A stretch of DNA of 32,000 nucleotides from assembly GCF_008000775.2 (NCBI RefSeq), contig NZ_CP042905.2, positions 1,050,001 through 1,082,000 of the forward strand, given 5' to 3'. Both the position numbers and the translations under genes were made by a program. The notes beneath the pieces are model-generated. The model was not told the origin of the DNA. It did not search any database and saw only the letters and a program-made list of their open reading frames with translations. Of the stretch, positions 1 through 10,300 are shown in pieces (the stretch's first letter is position 1; each line of letters starts with the position of its first letter). Source of the DNA: Promethearchaeum syntrophicum. GTDB taxonomy: Archaea; Asgardarchaeota; Lokiarchaeia; Sigyniarchaeales; Promethearchaeaceae.

Positions 1-1
1 T

Positions 2-388
2 ACAAGGGAGCAATTAATCGACATTGGAATATTGAGTGGTGTTGATTTTTTTCCAGGAATCAGTGGAGTGGGAACCAAAACCGCGTTCGATCTTATCAAG
101 AAATATGATAATCTGGATATAATGTTAGAAAAAAATATTGTAGTTCGCAAGAAACCTATCAGTGAAAGCATAAGTTTAGATACAATAAAGCAAGTTAGGG
201 ATATTTTTCTTAATCCAGCGATTAATAAGGATTATCAAAAACCAAAATGGAAACATCCAGATAGTGATAAAATAAAGGAAATTCTTTGTAAAAGACATAA
301 TTTTTCCCTAGAAAGAATAGATAATGCTTTAATTAGGTTAAAAAAAAAAGCGGGAACAACTCAGAAACGTATTGATAGTTTTTTTTAA
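2..388 (+). CDS. fen: Flap endonuclease 1 (FEN1/XPG family), C-terminal part; gene begins upstream of the window
   Basis: Frame is open from nt 2 (TREQLIDIGILSGVDFFPGISGVGTKTAFDLI), matching the FEN1 helix-hairpin-helix region. C-terminus TTQKRIDSFF fits a PCNA-interacting QxxhxxFF motif. The supplied ORF start at 32 (TTG) is inside the gene. Confidence 0.93.
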   Translation, partial: TREQLIDIGILSGVDFFPGISGVGTKTAFDLIKKYDNLDIMLEKNIVVRKKPISESISLDTIKQVRDIFLNPAINKDYQKPKWKHPDSDKIKEILCKRHNFSLERIDNALIRLKKKAGTTQKRIDSFF

Positions 389-454
389 TTGATTATATTC
401 TAGTATCAATAAATATTTACGAAAGTTTAGACTAATTAAATGTGAAAATAAAAG

Positions 455-2692
455 ATGAGCACACAAGGAACTCCTAAGAAGAAATCATCCAAATCGAAAA
501 ATACTCAACTAAAATTGAAAGTTCAGGAAGCCCGCAAAAGAGACGTAGGACGTAGCATCATTCGATTAGACTCCGATTCGATGAAGCAATTATCTGTTAA
601 TACGGGAGAAATTATTGAAATAAAAGGAAAGGAACGGACTACTGCTGCAATAGCATGGCCTTCCTACCCTCAAGACCAAGGATTGGGCATCATTCGTATT
701 GATAGTCGCGTACGGAGAAATGCTAATGTAAAAATCGATGATTTCGTCAATGTAACAAAAGTAAAAGAAGTTACCTCAAAATCAGTTATTCTTGCCCCTA
801 TTTCATTAAAAATAACTCCAAATGTTCGATTCGAGAGTTTTGTTAAAAGAAAATTACTTAATTTTCCAATTTCTAAAGGTGATTTAATTTATATTAACAT
901 TGGCATGACCAAGGAAATCGTATTTCGAGCAATTTCAATTAAACCTGCCGGGATCTCTATTATTAAACAAACAACCCAACTGTCAATCAACGAATCTACT
1001 TCAGAAGAAATCCCAACGGGAATTGCTTATATCACTTATGAGGATATCGGTGGGTTAGATAATGAGATTCAGCAAGTGAGAGAAATGGTCGAACTTCCAT
1101 TAAAACACCCTGAGCTTTTCATACGCTTAGGAATTGATCCTCCTAAAGGTGTTCTATTACGTGGACCTCCTGGATGTGGCAAAACTCTTCTAGCAAAAGC
1201 AGTCGCTAATGAAAGTCGTGCTCATTTTATTTCTATTAATGGTCCTGAAATTATGAGCAAATTTTATGGTGAATCTGAGAAGAAATTAAGAAGTTTGTTT
1301 AAGGAAGCGGAAGAAAAGGGACCTAGTATTATTTTTATCGATGAAATTGATGCGATCGCTCCTAAACGCGAAAATGTTACTGGTGAAGTTGAACGTAGAG
1401 TAGTGGCACAACTGCTTGCTTTGATGGATGGCTTAGAAACTCGAGGCAGGGTTGTTATAATTGGTGCCACGAATCGACCTAATGCTGTGGACCCCGCATT
1501 GAGAAGACCCGGACGTTTCGATAGAGAATTAGAAATAAAAGTCCCTGGGGAAAAAGGAAGATTAGATATCATCCATATTCATACCCGTAAAATGCCTTTA
1601 GATAAAGATGTTGCCCTACGCGAAGTTGCCCGAATAACCCATGGATTTGTAGGTGCAGATATTGCAAGTTTAGTTCGCGAAACTGGAATGTATGCCTTAC
1701 GTAGGTACCTTCCAAACATCAATTTAGAGGAGGATGATGTTGATCCTAAAATCCTTGAAAATATGTTTGTTGAAAAGAAAGATTTTGATAACGCCTTTAA
1801 GGAAATTATCCCATCAGGAATTCGTGAGGTCTTTGTTGAGATCCCAAGTGTTCATTGGAATGATGTTGGAGGATTAGATTATACAAAACAACAATTAATC
1901 GAATCAGTAGAATGGCCCATTAAAAACCCTGCTGCTTATATGAGAATGGGTGTGTCTCCTCCAACAGGTGTTTTATTGTATGGTCCACCTGGTTGTGGAA
2001 AAACTTTGTTAGCTCGAGCAGTAGCCACTGAGTCGGAGGCAAATTTTATATCAATTAAAGGACCGGAATTGCTTTCAAAATGGGTAGGTGAAAGTGAAAA
2101 AGCTGTTCGGGAAGTTTTCCGGAAAGCTAAATTGGCTGCACCGTGTATTATTTTCTTTGATGAACTTGATAGTATTGCTCCACGTCGTGGAAGTGGTGGT
2201 TCTGATTCAGGAGTAACTGAACGAGTGATCTCTCAACTTTTAACTGAATTGGACGGACTCGCTCAGACAAAACAAATAATTCTTATTGCTGCGACAAATC
2301 GACCAGATATAATGGACCCTGCATTAATGAGGCCTGGAAGGATTGATAGATTATCATATGTCGCCCCACCTACTGCCGAAGATAGAGAAGAAATCTTTAA
2401 AATTTTTACTAAAAGTATGCCTCTTGCTGATGATGTAGATATACATGATTTAGCCATGAGAAGTGAATTCTTCTCTGGTGCAGACATTGAATCGCTTTGT
2501 AGAGAAGCAGCAATTAGAGCGTTAAGAGAAGATATTAGGGGTGAAAAGATTGATTATAAACACTTTAAAGAGGCAATGGAGGATATTCATCCAAGTGCAT
2601 CACCTATGGTTTGTGAATTTTATGAGAAATTTGAAGAATCTCTTAAAAGCCGAAGAATTGGAAAACACAAGCGAACTGATTTATACGCATAA
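455..2692 (+). CDS. cdc48: Cdc48/p97 (VAT)-type AAA+ ATPase with N domain and D1/D2 modules
   Basis: N domain ([21 protein letters not shown]...), two Walker A motifs (GPPGCGKT), Walker B motifs ([28 protein letters not shown]), second region of homology [19 protein letters not shown] / [19 protein letters not shown]. Confidence 0.97.
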   Translation: MSTQGTPKKKSSKSKNTQLKLKVQEARKRDVGRSIIRLDSDSMKQLSVNTGEIIEIKGKERTTAAIAWPSYPQDQGLGIIRIDSRVRRNANVKIDDFVNVTKVKEVTSKSVILAPISLKITPNVRFESFVKRKLLNFPISKGDLIYINIGMTKEIVFRAISIKPAGISIIKQTTQLSINESTSEEIPTGIAYITYEDIGGLDNEIQQVREMVELPLKHPELFIRLGIDPPKGVLLRGPPGCGKTLLAKAVANESRAHFISINGPEIMSKFYGESEKKLRSLFKEAEEKGPSIIFIDEIDAIAPKRENVTGEVERRVVAQLLALMDGLETRGRVVIIGATNRPNAVDPALRRPGRFDRELEIKVPGEKGRLDIIHIHTRKMPLDKDVALREVARITHGFVGADIASLVRETGMYALRRYLPNINLEEDDVDPKILENMFVEKKDFDNAFKEIIPSGIREVFVEIPSVHWNDVGGLDYTKQQLIESVEWPIKNPAAYMRMGVSPPTGVLLYGPPGCGKTLLARAVATESEANFISIKGPELLSKWVGESEKAVREVFRKAKLAAPCIIFFDELDSIAPRRGSGGSDSGVTERVISQLLTELDGLAQTKQIILIAATNRPDIMDPALMRPGRIDRLSYVAPPTAEDREEIFKIFTKSMPLADDVDIHDLAMRSEFFSGADIESLCREAAIRALREDIRGEKIDYKHFKEAMEDIHPSASPMVCEFYEKFEESLKSRRIGKHKRTDLYA

Positions 2693-2817
2693 ATGCAAAA
2701 ATTTTTTTAATTTAATCACCTATTTACACTTGATTTTTTAATTATATCATTTGGTAATATTTTTCTTACATTTTAATGAGAAATTAGATTATTAAAACCT
2801 ATTCTTGGTAATATAAT

Positions 2818-3105
2818 ATGGCAAAAATGAAAATTGCATGGAATGCAGAGCCGATTGAAAACGAGATCTTGTATGCTTTAATTGATAATAGGGGTGAAAT
2901 GCTCACTACAGATTTACAACGGAAGTTATCCAATATGTATGAAGATTTCACTCGCGCTGATTTGATGAAACATCTTTTTAAATTAGAAGTCCGTTCTTTT
3001 ATCCATGTGGTGGGAATTAAGAAAGATGTTTCTAAAATTGAACTTAGCAAATATGGGCAATTTTCCGATGAAGTTCGAAAAAAAATTAAAGAATTTATGC
3101 ATTAA
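2818..3105 (+). CDS. Small (95 aa) predicted winged-helix-like protein, function unknown
   Basis: Complete ORF between annotated genes; NEILYALIDNRGEMLTTDLQRKLSNMYEDFTRADLMKHLFKLEVRSFIHVVG resembles a wHTH. Overlaps a less plausible opposite-strand ORF. Confidence 0.6.
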   Translation: MAKMKIAWNAEPIENEILYALIDNRGEMLTTDLQRKLSNMYEDFTRADLMKHLFKLEVRSFIHVVGIKKDVSKIELSKYGQFSDEVRKKIKEFMH

Positions 3106-3129
3106 TTTTATCAATAAATCCTTGAAATC

Positions 3130-4893
3130 TTAACTATCTTCTTTAAGCTCAAATGTATCCAATTCTAAGAAATTTTCTTGAATAAAGATCGGTGAAATCT
3201 TTGTTATTGGCTGTTTTGAGTTATTGAAAACATCCTTATTTAAGTATTTCTGACACATTTCAGATATTGATTTTTCTCCCCGGGGATTGGGTAGCTCTCT
3301 TTTTCTAATTTTGGTAAAAATTGGATAATTTAAGGCTGCACCCATTATGAGAGCATTACCCGTAGGTAATGTGCTAATTATTTCGATTGAACTATTTGTT
3401 AATGCTTCTGATGTCTGCTTTATATGGTTAAGATCATAGGGATTTGTGATTCTCATCACTATTTGAGTATTGCATTGCGATAAGGCTGTTGTACTCAGTC
3501 GGACTGGACGTTGAGAGACAAGAACTAATTGAGCAAAAAATTTCCTTCCTTCTCGTGCAATTGTTTCAAAAATATTCTTTGTAATTGCATCTTTTCCACC
3601 TGATTCCGGTAGAAAATTATGCGCTTCTTCAAGAAAAATTATAAAAGGGGGTATTTTTCCGCTTCTGCGATAATAAAATACTTTTGAAGTTAGGTAATGG
3701 AGTAAAATCTGTTTTTTTCTCATCGAAATTATTGATGATAAATCTAGTATAGTTAACTCACCCATCTTTATCAATTCATAAATAGAAGGTGAACTTTTTT
3801 TGCTAAAAATTCTTAAATTGTTTAGATCTGCTAACCAACCAATCAAAGTTGATTGTAATTTTGAATTAATATCAGGATTTTCTGATAGTTCTGTAATTAA
3901 GTCATTGATATCATATCCTATTAAAGTACCATCATCTGCTGACTTTTCACTCTTTTTAAATTTTTTTCTGCAATTTTTAATTGCTTTTCGAAGTTCACGT
4001 AATTGTGGGATAGAAATACCTGGTTGATAACGTTTAAAATCATATTCTGTCAAGTCTGGGACTCCAATTTGAATAAATAATCCATTAAAACTTGTGATTC
4101 TATTTTGGATTGATTTCATAGAGGAAATTTTTGATTGTTCTAATTTTTCAAGAGAATCCTCGGCTTTTTCTTTTAAAAAACGATATTCTCCATGAAGATC
4201 TACAAGAAACATTGCGGGAGTTCCCAGATCTTTTGGGCGTGTAAGAAGTTCTTCAAATAAAACCGATAAAAGATAACTTTTTCCCGCTCCTGATTGTGCT
4301 AAAATTGCTACATGTTTATTAAAAAGACGATTCATATTCAATGTAACATCAAGCTTATAACTACTTAACTTTCCAATATTTAACCCGTTTTCATCCAAAC
4401 CTAAAAAATGTCTAAGAAAATTTCCTTTTAAAAGGAAAACTTTATTTCCGGGATTTACGGGAAATCCTACTCTTTGTATTCGTTTGAAAGTAGCAGGATC
4501 TATTTCATCAGAAAGATTGTTTTTGCAACGAACTGTTCCTAAAAGATGAACATCGACAATATGACACTCCCATTGATCGCTAGGAAAGAAGTTTTTCATG
4601 TTAACCTTCGCAAGATTGAAATTTTTTACCGTTTGAACATTGGAAAAATATTGGTTATTCATTCTTATCTGCTCAACTATACCTACTACGAAGCCTTCAT
4701 GTGATTCTACTAAACAATATTGGCCTTGTTGAACGAATGGTGAATTTTTTGAATTGGATACAGACTGATTATCTGTAAGAATGAAAGAATATTCAAATAT
4801 ATTAGGAGATAAGTTATTAGATCCCGATATTACAATGCCGATTGGTTCAATTTGAGGTACTGATTTTGAAGTAAGAACTTTACGAAGTGTCAT
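3130..4893 (-). CDS. HerA/DUF87-like ATPase with N-terminal HAS-barrel-like domain
   Basis: N-terminal beta-rich segment IEPIGIVISGSNN...GQYCLVESHEGFVVGIVEQI; Walker A HVAILAQSGAGKSYLLSVLFEEL; AMFLVDLHGEY; Walker B PPFIIFLEEAHNFLPE; FETIAREGRKFFAQLVLVSQRP. Confidence 0.9.
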   Translation of the reverse strand: MTLRKVLTSKSVPQIEPIGIVISGSNNLSPNIFEYSFILTDNQSVSNSKNSPFVQQGQYCLVESHEGFVVGIVEQIRMNNQYFSNVQTVKNFNLAKVNMKNFFPSDQWECHIVDVHLLGTVRCKNNLSDEIDPATFKRIQRVGFPVNPGNKVFLLKGNFLRHFLGLDENGLNIGKLSSYKLDVTLNMNRLFNKHVAILAQSGAGKSYLLSVLFEELLTRPKDLGTPAMFLVDLHGEYRFLKEKAEDSLEKLEQSKISSMKSIQNRITSFNGLFIQIGVPDLTEYDFKRYQPGISIPQLRELRKAIKNCRKKFKKSEKSADDGTLIGYDINDLITELSENPDINSKLQSTLIGWLADLNNLRIFSKKSSPSIYELIKMGELTILDLSSIISMRKKQILLHYLTSKVFYYRRSGKIPPFIIFLEEAHNFLPESGGKDAITKNIFETIAREGRKFFAQLVLVSQRPVRLSTTALSQCNTQIVMRITNPYDLNHIKQTSEALTNSSIEIISTLPTGNALIMGAALNYPIFTKIRKRELPNPRGEKSISEMCQKYLNKDVFNNSKQPITKISPIFIQENFLELDTFELKEDS

Positions 4894-5062
4894 TAATTTA
4901 GAGTTATTTTATTGCCTCTTTTTAAAACAACGAGTCTGTCGGTTTAGTTCATTTAATTCAAAAAAAAACTTCAATCAAAGCTTAAATTTCTCTTTTTGAA
5001 AAATGTTGCCATATGGAAACATTTATATATTTTTACACTATATTTTTTTTGATTAAGAAATT

Positions 5063-6433
5063 ATGACACCCAGAGATCAAGAAAAAATAAGAGAAATTCC
5101 AATAAGTTTACGAGGTATCGAATCAATACTACGTGTTTTAAATAATGAACTTAAGGAGCCTTCTAGTATTAGACAAATTAGTGAAATAACTGGTCTTTCA
5201 ATGCGGGTAGCTAAAAATATTTTAATGCAATTAGAAAATCTTAAACAAGTGGAACGTGTAGTTGATAGGGGTCAAATATTGCCAAAATGGGGTTTAACTA
5301 GATTAGGTAAAGAAAATGCTAAAGCCATTGAAAAAAGTTCCAATGGTTTGAATAAAAACCCAAGTAATAGATTATCAGATCTATTATTAAATAATATTCA
5401 AATACCGAAAAATGTAGAGGAACAAAATATAAAGATTGGAGCGATCCATCGAAATTTCCTAAAGATATTAGATAAATTAAAATTAAATCTGAGTAAATCT
5501 ATGGGTATTTGTTATAACCTGGAACAACCGATTTTTGCCGAACGAATGGGTAATCTAATTAATAAATTAAAATCAATTAAAACCAATTTTTCGAGTTTCC
5601 GGGTAAATCCATTATCTTTCTATGATTTACATAAAAAAGGAACTAAAAAGAAGAGTTCGGCTCGAAAAAAGAAAGATTTTATTTCAGAAATTTTGTTTAT
5701 CAATCAAATTTTGCTTAATCAGCTTAATAATATCTCAGAATTAGAATTAGAGTTAAGTAATGTACTCGAACAAGAAAATTATAGATTATTTAATGAGATC
5801 TATAGACAGATCACAGATCAAATCAGGATTTTGAATTACTCGCTACAAAAAAGAACTAATGTTGATGATGGTATTCATATTCTTACTGAAGATGAATTAA
5901 TGCTCCTCCAAAAAAATGAAATTCGGCTAAGTTTCCTTAAGAATTTCATACCTCCAATATTACAAGATAATAGAAAAGAAGAATTGCTAAAAGAATGCCT
6001 CTTATCACTCATTTCTGATTTATTAGCCGAGAATTCAAAAAATTATAATAAACCATATAATATCCCTCTGGTTTCATTTTATGAATTAGCTAAAGACCAA
6101 TGTAAGTTTACAGGTTTTTCTGTAGAGAATTTGGAAGAGACACTAATTCAAATTGCTGAAAATGGTTTAATTTCCGGTATAATTGAAATTCAAGATGATG
6201 AAAACCATATTTTCAAAATTGTTCAGTTGAAACCATATGATGTTTCGGTCGATGAAATAAAACTTCTTCGATTAGCGATTCATTTAAAATCTTTTTCAAT
6301 GGCGGATGTTATGGAAAAACTAGATTGGAATCAATCGAAAGTCGAAAAAATTCTTCAAACTATGACAAATAACGGATTACTCAGGCATTCCAAATCATAT
6401 TTACAAGGAGATAAATGGTATATATTAATGTAA
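5063..6433 (+). CDS. Protein with N- and C-terminal winged-helix-like domains and a helical/coiled-coil centre; function unknown
   Basis: N-term SSIRQISEITGLSMRVAKNILMQLENLKQVERVVDRG; C-term FSMADVMEKLDWNQSKVEKILQTMTNNGLLRHSKSYLQGDKWYIL; middle is Leu/Glu/Lys-rich helical. Confidence 0.7.
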   Translation: MTPRDQEKIREIPISLRGIESILRVLNNELKEPSSIRQISEITGLSMRVAKNILMQLENLKQVERVVDRGQILPKWGLTRLGKENAKAIEKSSNGLNKNPSNRLSDLLLNNIQIPKNVEEQNIKIGAIHRNFLKILDKLKLNLSKSMGICYNLEQPIFAERMGNLINKLKSIKTNFSSFRVNPLSFYDLHKKGTKKKSSARKKKDFISEILFINQILLNQLNNISELELELSNVLEQENYRLFNEIYRQITDQIRILNYSLQKRTNVDDGIHILTEDELMLLQKNEIRLSFLKNFIPPILQDNRKEELLKECLLSLISDLLAENSKNYNKPYNIPLVSFYELAKDQCKFTGFSVENLEETLIQIAENGLISGIIEIQDDENHIFKIVQLKPYDVSVDEIKLLRLAIHLKSFSMADVMEKLDWNQSKVEKILQTMTNNGLLRHSKSYLQGDKWYILM

Positions 6434-6452
6434 AAAAAAAGGAGAAAATATA

Positions 6453-7349
6453 ATGTTTAGAAAGAAAAACGGCAGTATTGGTAAAGATCGATTTCCATCA
6501 ATTATATCATGGACCCAAGTTGAATCAAAAGATAAAAATTCCCAATTGATTTATTGTTATCCGAGACAGAACGATAATATTAAGAAAGGAAAATTCTTTA
6601 ATGTGAAAGAGCATGAACGTGCCATTTATTTAAAACATGGGGAATTGATTGCGGAACTGAGTGGTGGAACCTATGAATTAGAGAAAAAATCTCGAGTTAA
6701 GGGTACAGAGATTATTTGGTTTGACACTTCAATGCATCAAATCTTTTGGGGGATCCCGAAAATCAATGGTATTCCTAGTCGAGATGGTTTTATATTTGGA
6801 ATGTTTGGAGATCTCAAATTAAATATTTATAATGTTAACATTTTCTACAAGTACGTTATTGGGGGCAATAAAGAATGGTCTTTACAACAAATGAAAGATT
6901 GGATAATCAGTCTTTTTCATGTAGTTCTCCGGGATATCTTTAAAGAATATGATATTTCAGAAATATTCCAAGAATCTCGAGATATAATTATGAATAAAGT
7001 TGTTTCAAAAGTATGTGAAGAAATGAACCTGTATGGATTGGAGTTGGACGCATTTAATATCTTAGGCTTTAAACCTCCAGATAATGCGAAAGAGATTCTT
7101 AACTCTAAGCAAGAACAAGCCTATCGATTTAAGAATTGGCTTGAAAATGAAAAAAAGCGAGATATCGAAGATCGAATTTTTATTCAATATCGGATCAAAT
7201 CTTTAAAGAGTCGTCTACAAGGGCTTCAAAACGATTTGCTGGAAAATAAAATCACCAGGGAAGCATACGATTCCAAGCGCCAAACTATCAATGAGTTTAT
7301 AGAAGAAGCAAATTCTGAATTGGAACCTGACAATAGATATGAAAAATAA
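6453..7349 (+). CDS. SPFH-domain protein, YdjI/virion-core-like family
   Basis: ERAIYLKHGELIAELSGGTYELEKKSRVKGTEIIWFDTSMHQIFWGIP...IFGMFGDLKLNIYNVNIFYKYVIGG followed by an amphipathic helical tail (ENEKKRDIEDRIFIQYRIKSLKSRLQGLQNDL). Confidence 0.75.
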   Translation: MFRKKNGSIGKDRFPSIISWTQVESKDKNSQLIYCYPRQNDNIKKGKFFNVKEHERAIYLKHGELIAELSGGTYELEKKSRVKGTEIIWFDTSMHQIFWGIPKINGIPSRDGFIFGMFGDLKLNIYNVNIFYKYVIGGNKEWSLQQMKDWIISLFHVVLRDIFKEYDISEIFQESRDIIMNKVVSKVCEEMNLYGLELDAFNILGFKPPDNAKEILNSKQEQAYRFKNWLENEKKRDIEDRIFIQYRIKSLKSRLQGLQNDLLENKITREAYDSKRQTINEFIEEANSELEPDNRYEK

Positions 7350-7369
7350 TATTAAGGAGAAAAAACAAA

Positions 7370-10300
7370 ATGAGAAATGGAAATAAAAATAGAACACTTA
7401 GTCAAATTACACTAATTATACTAGGAATTTGTATCATTCTTATATCAAGCATTGAAACTCATGCATCATATAATAATCCTGCACAAAACCAAGAGAAAAA
7501 TATTGAAATAAAAGCAGCAACGTTTCTTATTTCACATGACCCAATTCGAATAGATGGTAATAATGCATTAGAATCTTTTTGTGCTGGAAATGGAACTGAT
7601 GGCCTATCTTGGGAAACTGCCTTTAAAATCGAAAATTATTCAATTATTTCAGGAGAGGAATCGGGAATTTCTATAAATAATACTGATAGATTTCTAATAA
7701 TTAACAACTGTTCGATTGAAAATTTTTGGGATACAAATTATGGTGCTACTGATAATGGGATTAAAATTCTAAATTGCTCAAATATTAAAATAACGGATTG
7801 TTCTTTGACAAATAACACATTGGGGATCTTTTTAGACTCATCAACCGATATTACTTTAATCCAAAATAATTGTTCACATAATGATTGGGGATTTACCTTA
7901 TTGCGCTCCGAAAATAATACCCTATTTAATAATACTGCATTATATAATGAACATGATGGAATTAGAATATGTGAAGGTGACTATAATAATATTACTTCTA
8001 ATGTTGCTAATTTTAATTATCAGAATGGTATAAATATTGCTTCACATTTTCCTCATATTGGTTATGCACATAGTTATGGGAATTCCATTGTGAATAATTT
8101 ATTAATGCAAAATCAAGATGATGGTATTCAAATAGAATATTCTGATTCTAATTCAGTGTTAAATAACTTTGTATTCAATAATGGAAATTCTGGAATTAGC
8201 TTACAAGATTCTTCTCAGAACATTTTATCACTTAACGTAATAGATAGAAATAATAACGAAGGAATTGAAATTGAAGATGGATCTAATTGGAATTTGATTA
8301 CAAAAAATAAAATTAGTAATAATAGTTACGGAATCATGATCAGTCTTTCAAGTTATAATACTATTGGAGAAAACTTGATTGTCAATCATAGTCATAATGG
8401 GATTTTAATTTTTCATATGTTTGAAGATCATTTAGAGCAAAATATTTATGGAAATACTTTTGAAAATAATTCAGGAAATATAGCATATATACAAGTGAGT
8501 TCTGGCCGCTATGAACCCCCCTATGAATATATTGGTCTTGCAGTTTTAATTATTGGTATCGTAATCTTTCCACTTATTTATAGAAAAAAAATAAAAAAAA
8601 ATTTGATTGAGAGTGATTCCAAATTAATTTATAAAATTCTTAAAATTGCCCTTTGGATATCAATAGTTTTCACTATGGCAATATTGATTTTTGTTAGCTA
8701 TGGAGCACCAATTTTTCTGGTCGATATTCCAATTTTGATTATTGTCCTATTGGTTTTGAATCGAAAAAAAATAACAAAGCGAAGGAAAAAATTCATTGCT
8801 GAGCGTGAAATTAAGAAAAGCGAACAAAAAATTGCTAAAGCGAATAAATCTAAAGAAGCAATTGAAGAGAAGAATGAAAAACCCATTAAATCTAAGAAAA
8901 AAAGTTTAAAATCTTCAAAAATTTTGATAAAAAATATGAATCGGAAAGATTCTAAATTAATTAATAAAATTCTTAGAGTATTTTTATGGTTTGTTATGGT
9001 ATGTCTATTTATACTTCTCAGTATCTTTACACTTGGAATATTTGATATTATTGTGATCATTATTTTGATTATTTATAATAAAAAGACCAAATATTATTTT
9101 AATAATTTAAGATCCAATAAATTCATTAAAAGAGGTCAAAAGAGAACTATAAAAGCCATAAATTATGCAAAAATGCATTATTATAAAAAATCCCGATATT
9201 ATTGGTTAAGGTCGGAACGAAATTATCATCGAGCTCTAAGAATAATACCAGATTTTCATAAAATTGATTTTCTTGAGAAAAAAATAATTTCCATTAAACA
9301 GAATACATTAGCTACCTATCTATCTGAAGGGATTGTTTTAAGTAAAATTGCTTGGTTCCAATTTCAGGAAAATAACTTTTCCCAAGCAAAGAAACAATAT
9401 TCTAAGAGTATTACGTTAATTGAAGGAGTCTTAAAAAATATTGACACAGATTATGTTTTCAACCAAAAAGTAGAGTTTCCAATTACGGCCTCCTTAATTT
9501 TTGAAATTTTGCAATTTTTAAGGAAAAACACAGAACAAATTAAAAATAAAGCAAATTATAAAAACAAATCAAAGGTTTTTATAAAATCCAGTGATATACA
9601 AGAGATAAATGAGAAAATTGTTAAATCTTTAAAGGAAACGAATGAATCTTTATGGATTTATTGTCAATCTCTTGACTCTTATGAGGATTTAATCAATTTA
9701 GAAGGATTATCGAATCTATTGGAAAATAAATTAACAAAATCAGAAAAGATGTTGTTATCCGCTCAAGACCAAATGCAATATTTATTAGCATACATGCAGA
9801 GATCAACCAATAGATTTGAGAGAAAGGGTATTGAAACAAAATCAATAGCGATGAATAAAAACCGCACTTCGGAACAAGAAAGATTTGAAAATAAACATCT
9901 GAATATTATTCGAGAATATGAATATATCGGAGGTAAAATTCGCTTGAAAGTTGGTATTGTGAATCATTCAGATAATGTACTAACAAATTTAGCTCTAAGA
10001 TTCGATTTACCTGATGCTTTAAAGTGGATTATCCATGAACCGAACTTAAAACGCAGAGGTGATACGATTCATATTGCAAGGTTGGGAGGAAATGAAAAAA
10101 TAGCCATATCTCTTTATTTGGAGCCTATCAACTGTTTAGAAAGTATGATTAATGCAACTTTAACCTATTTTGATTCAAAAGATCAACCTCAAGCAGTTAT
10201 TATGACACCGAAAAAAGTTTCGATATCCTGTCCAATTTTCTTTACACGAGAAGAAGCCAACATAGCGCGTGTAAAAAAAATACAATTGCAACTGAAATAT

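Noticed and set aside
1264-1572. Minus-strand ORF (and 2263-2487) inside cdc48
   Set aside because: Shadow ORFs antisense to conserved AAA+ domains; no recognisable protein features.
2541-2741. Plus-strand ORF overlapping the 3' end of cdc48
   Set aside because: Out-of-frame with the conserved gene and hydrophobic tail derives from AT-rich intergenic DNA.
2799-3050. Minus-strand ORF overlapping the 95-aa wHTH-like gene
   Set aside because: The + strand product has a more protein-like, wHTH-like composition; only one of the pair is likely real.
3800-4027. Plus-strand ORF inside the HerA-like gene
   Set aside because: Lies entirely antisense to a strongly supported coding region; no motif.
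3130-6433. Idea that the HerA-like gene and its divergent wHTH neighbour form a NurA-HerA or antiphage system
   Set aside because: No nuclease motif is recognisable in either neighbour; the divergent arrangement alone is not evidence.
8698-9060. 120-aa minus-strand ORF inside the 1133-aa gene
   Set aside because: Antisense shadow of the duplicated TM blocks.
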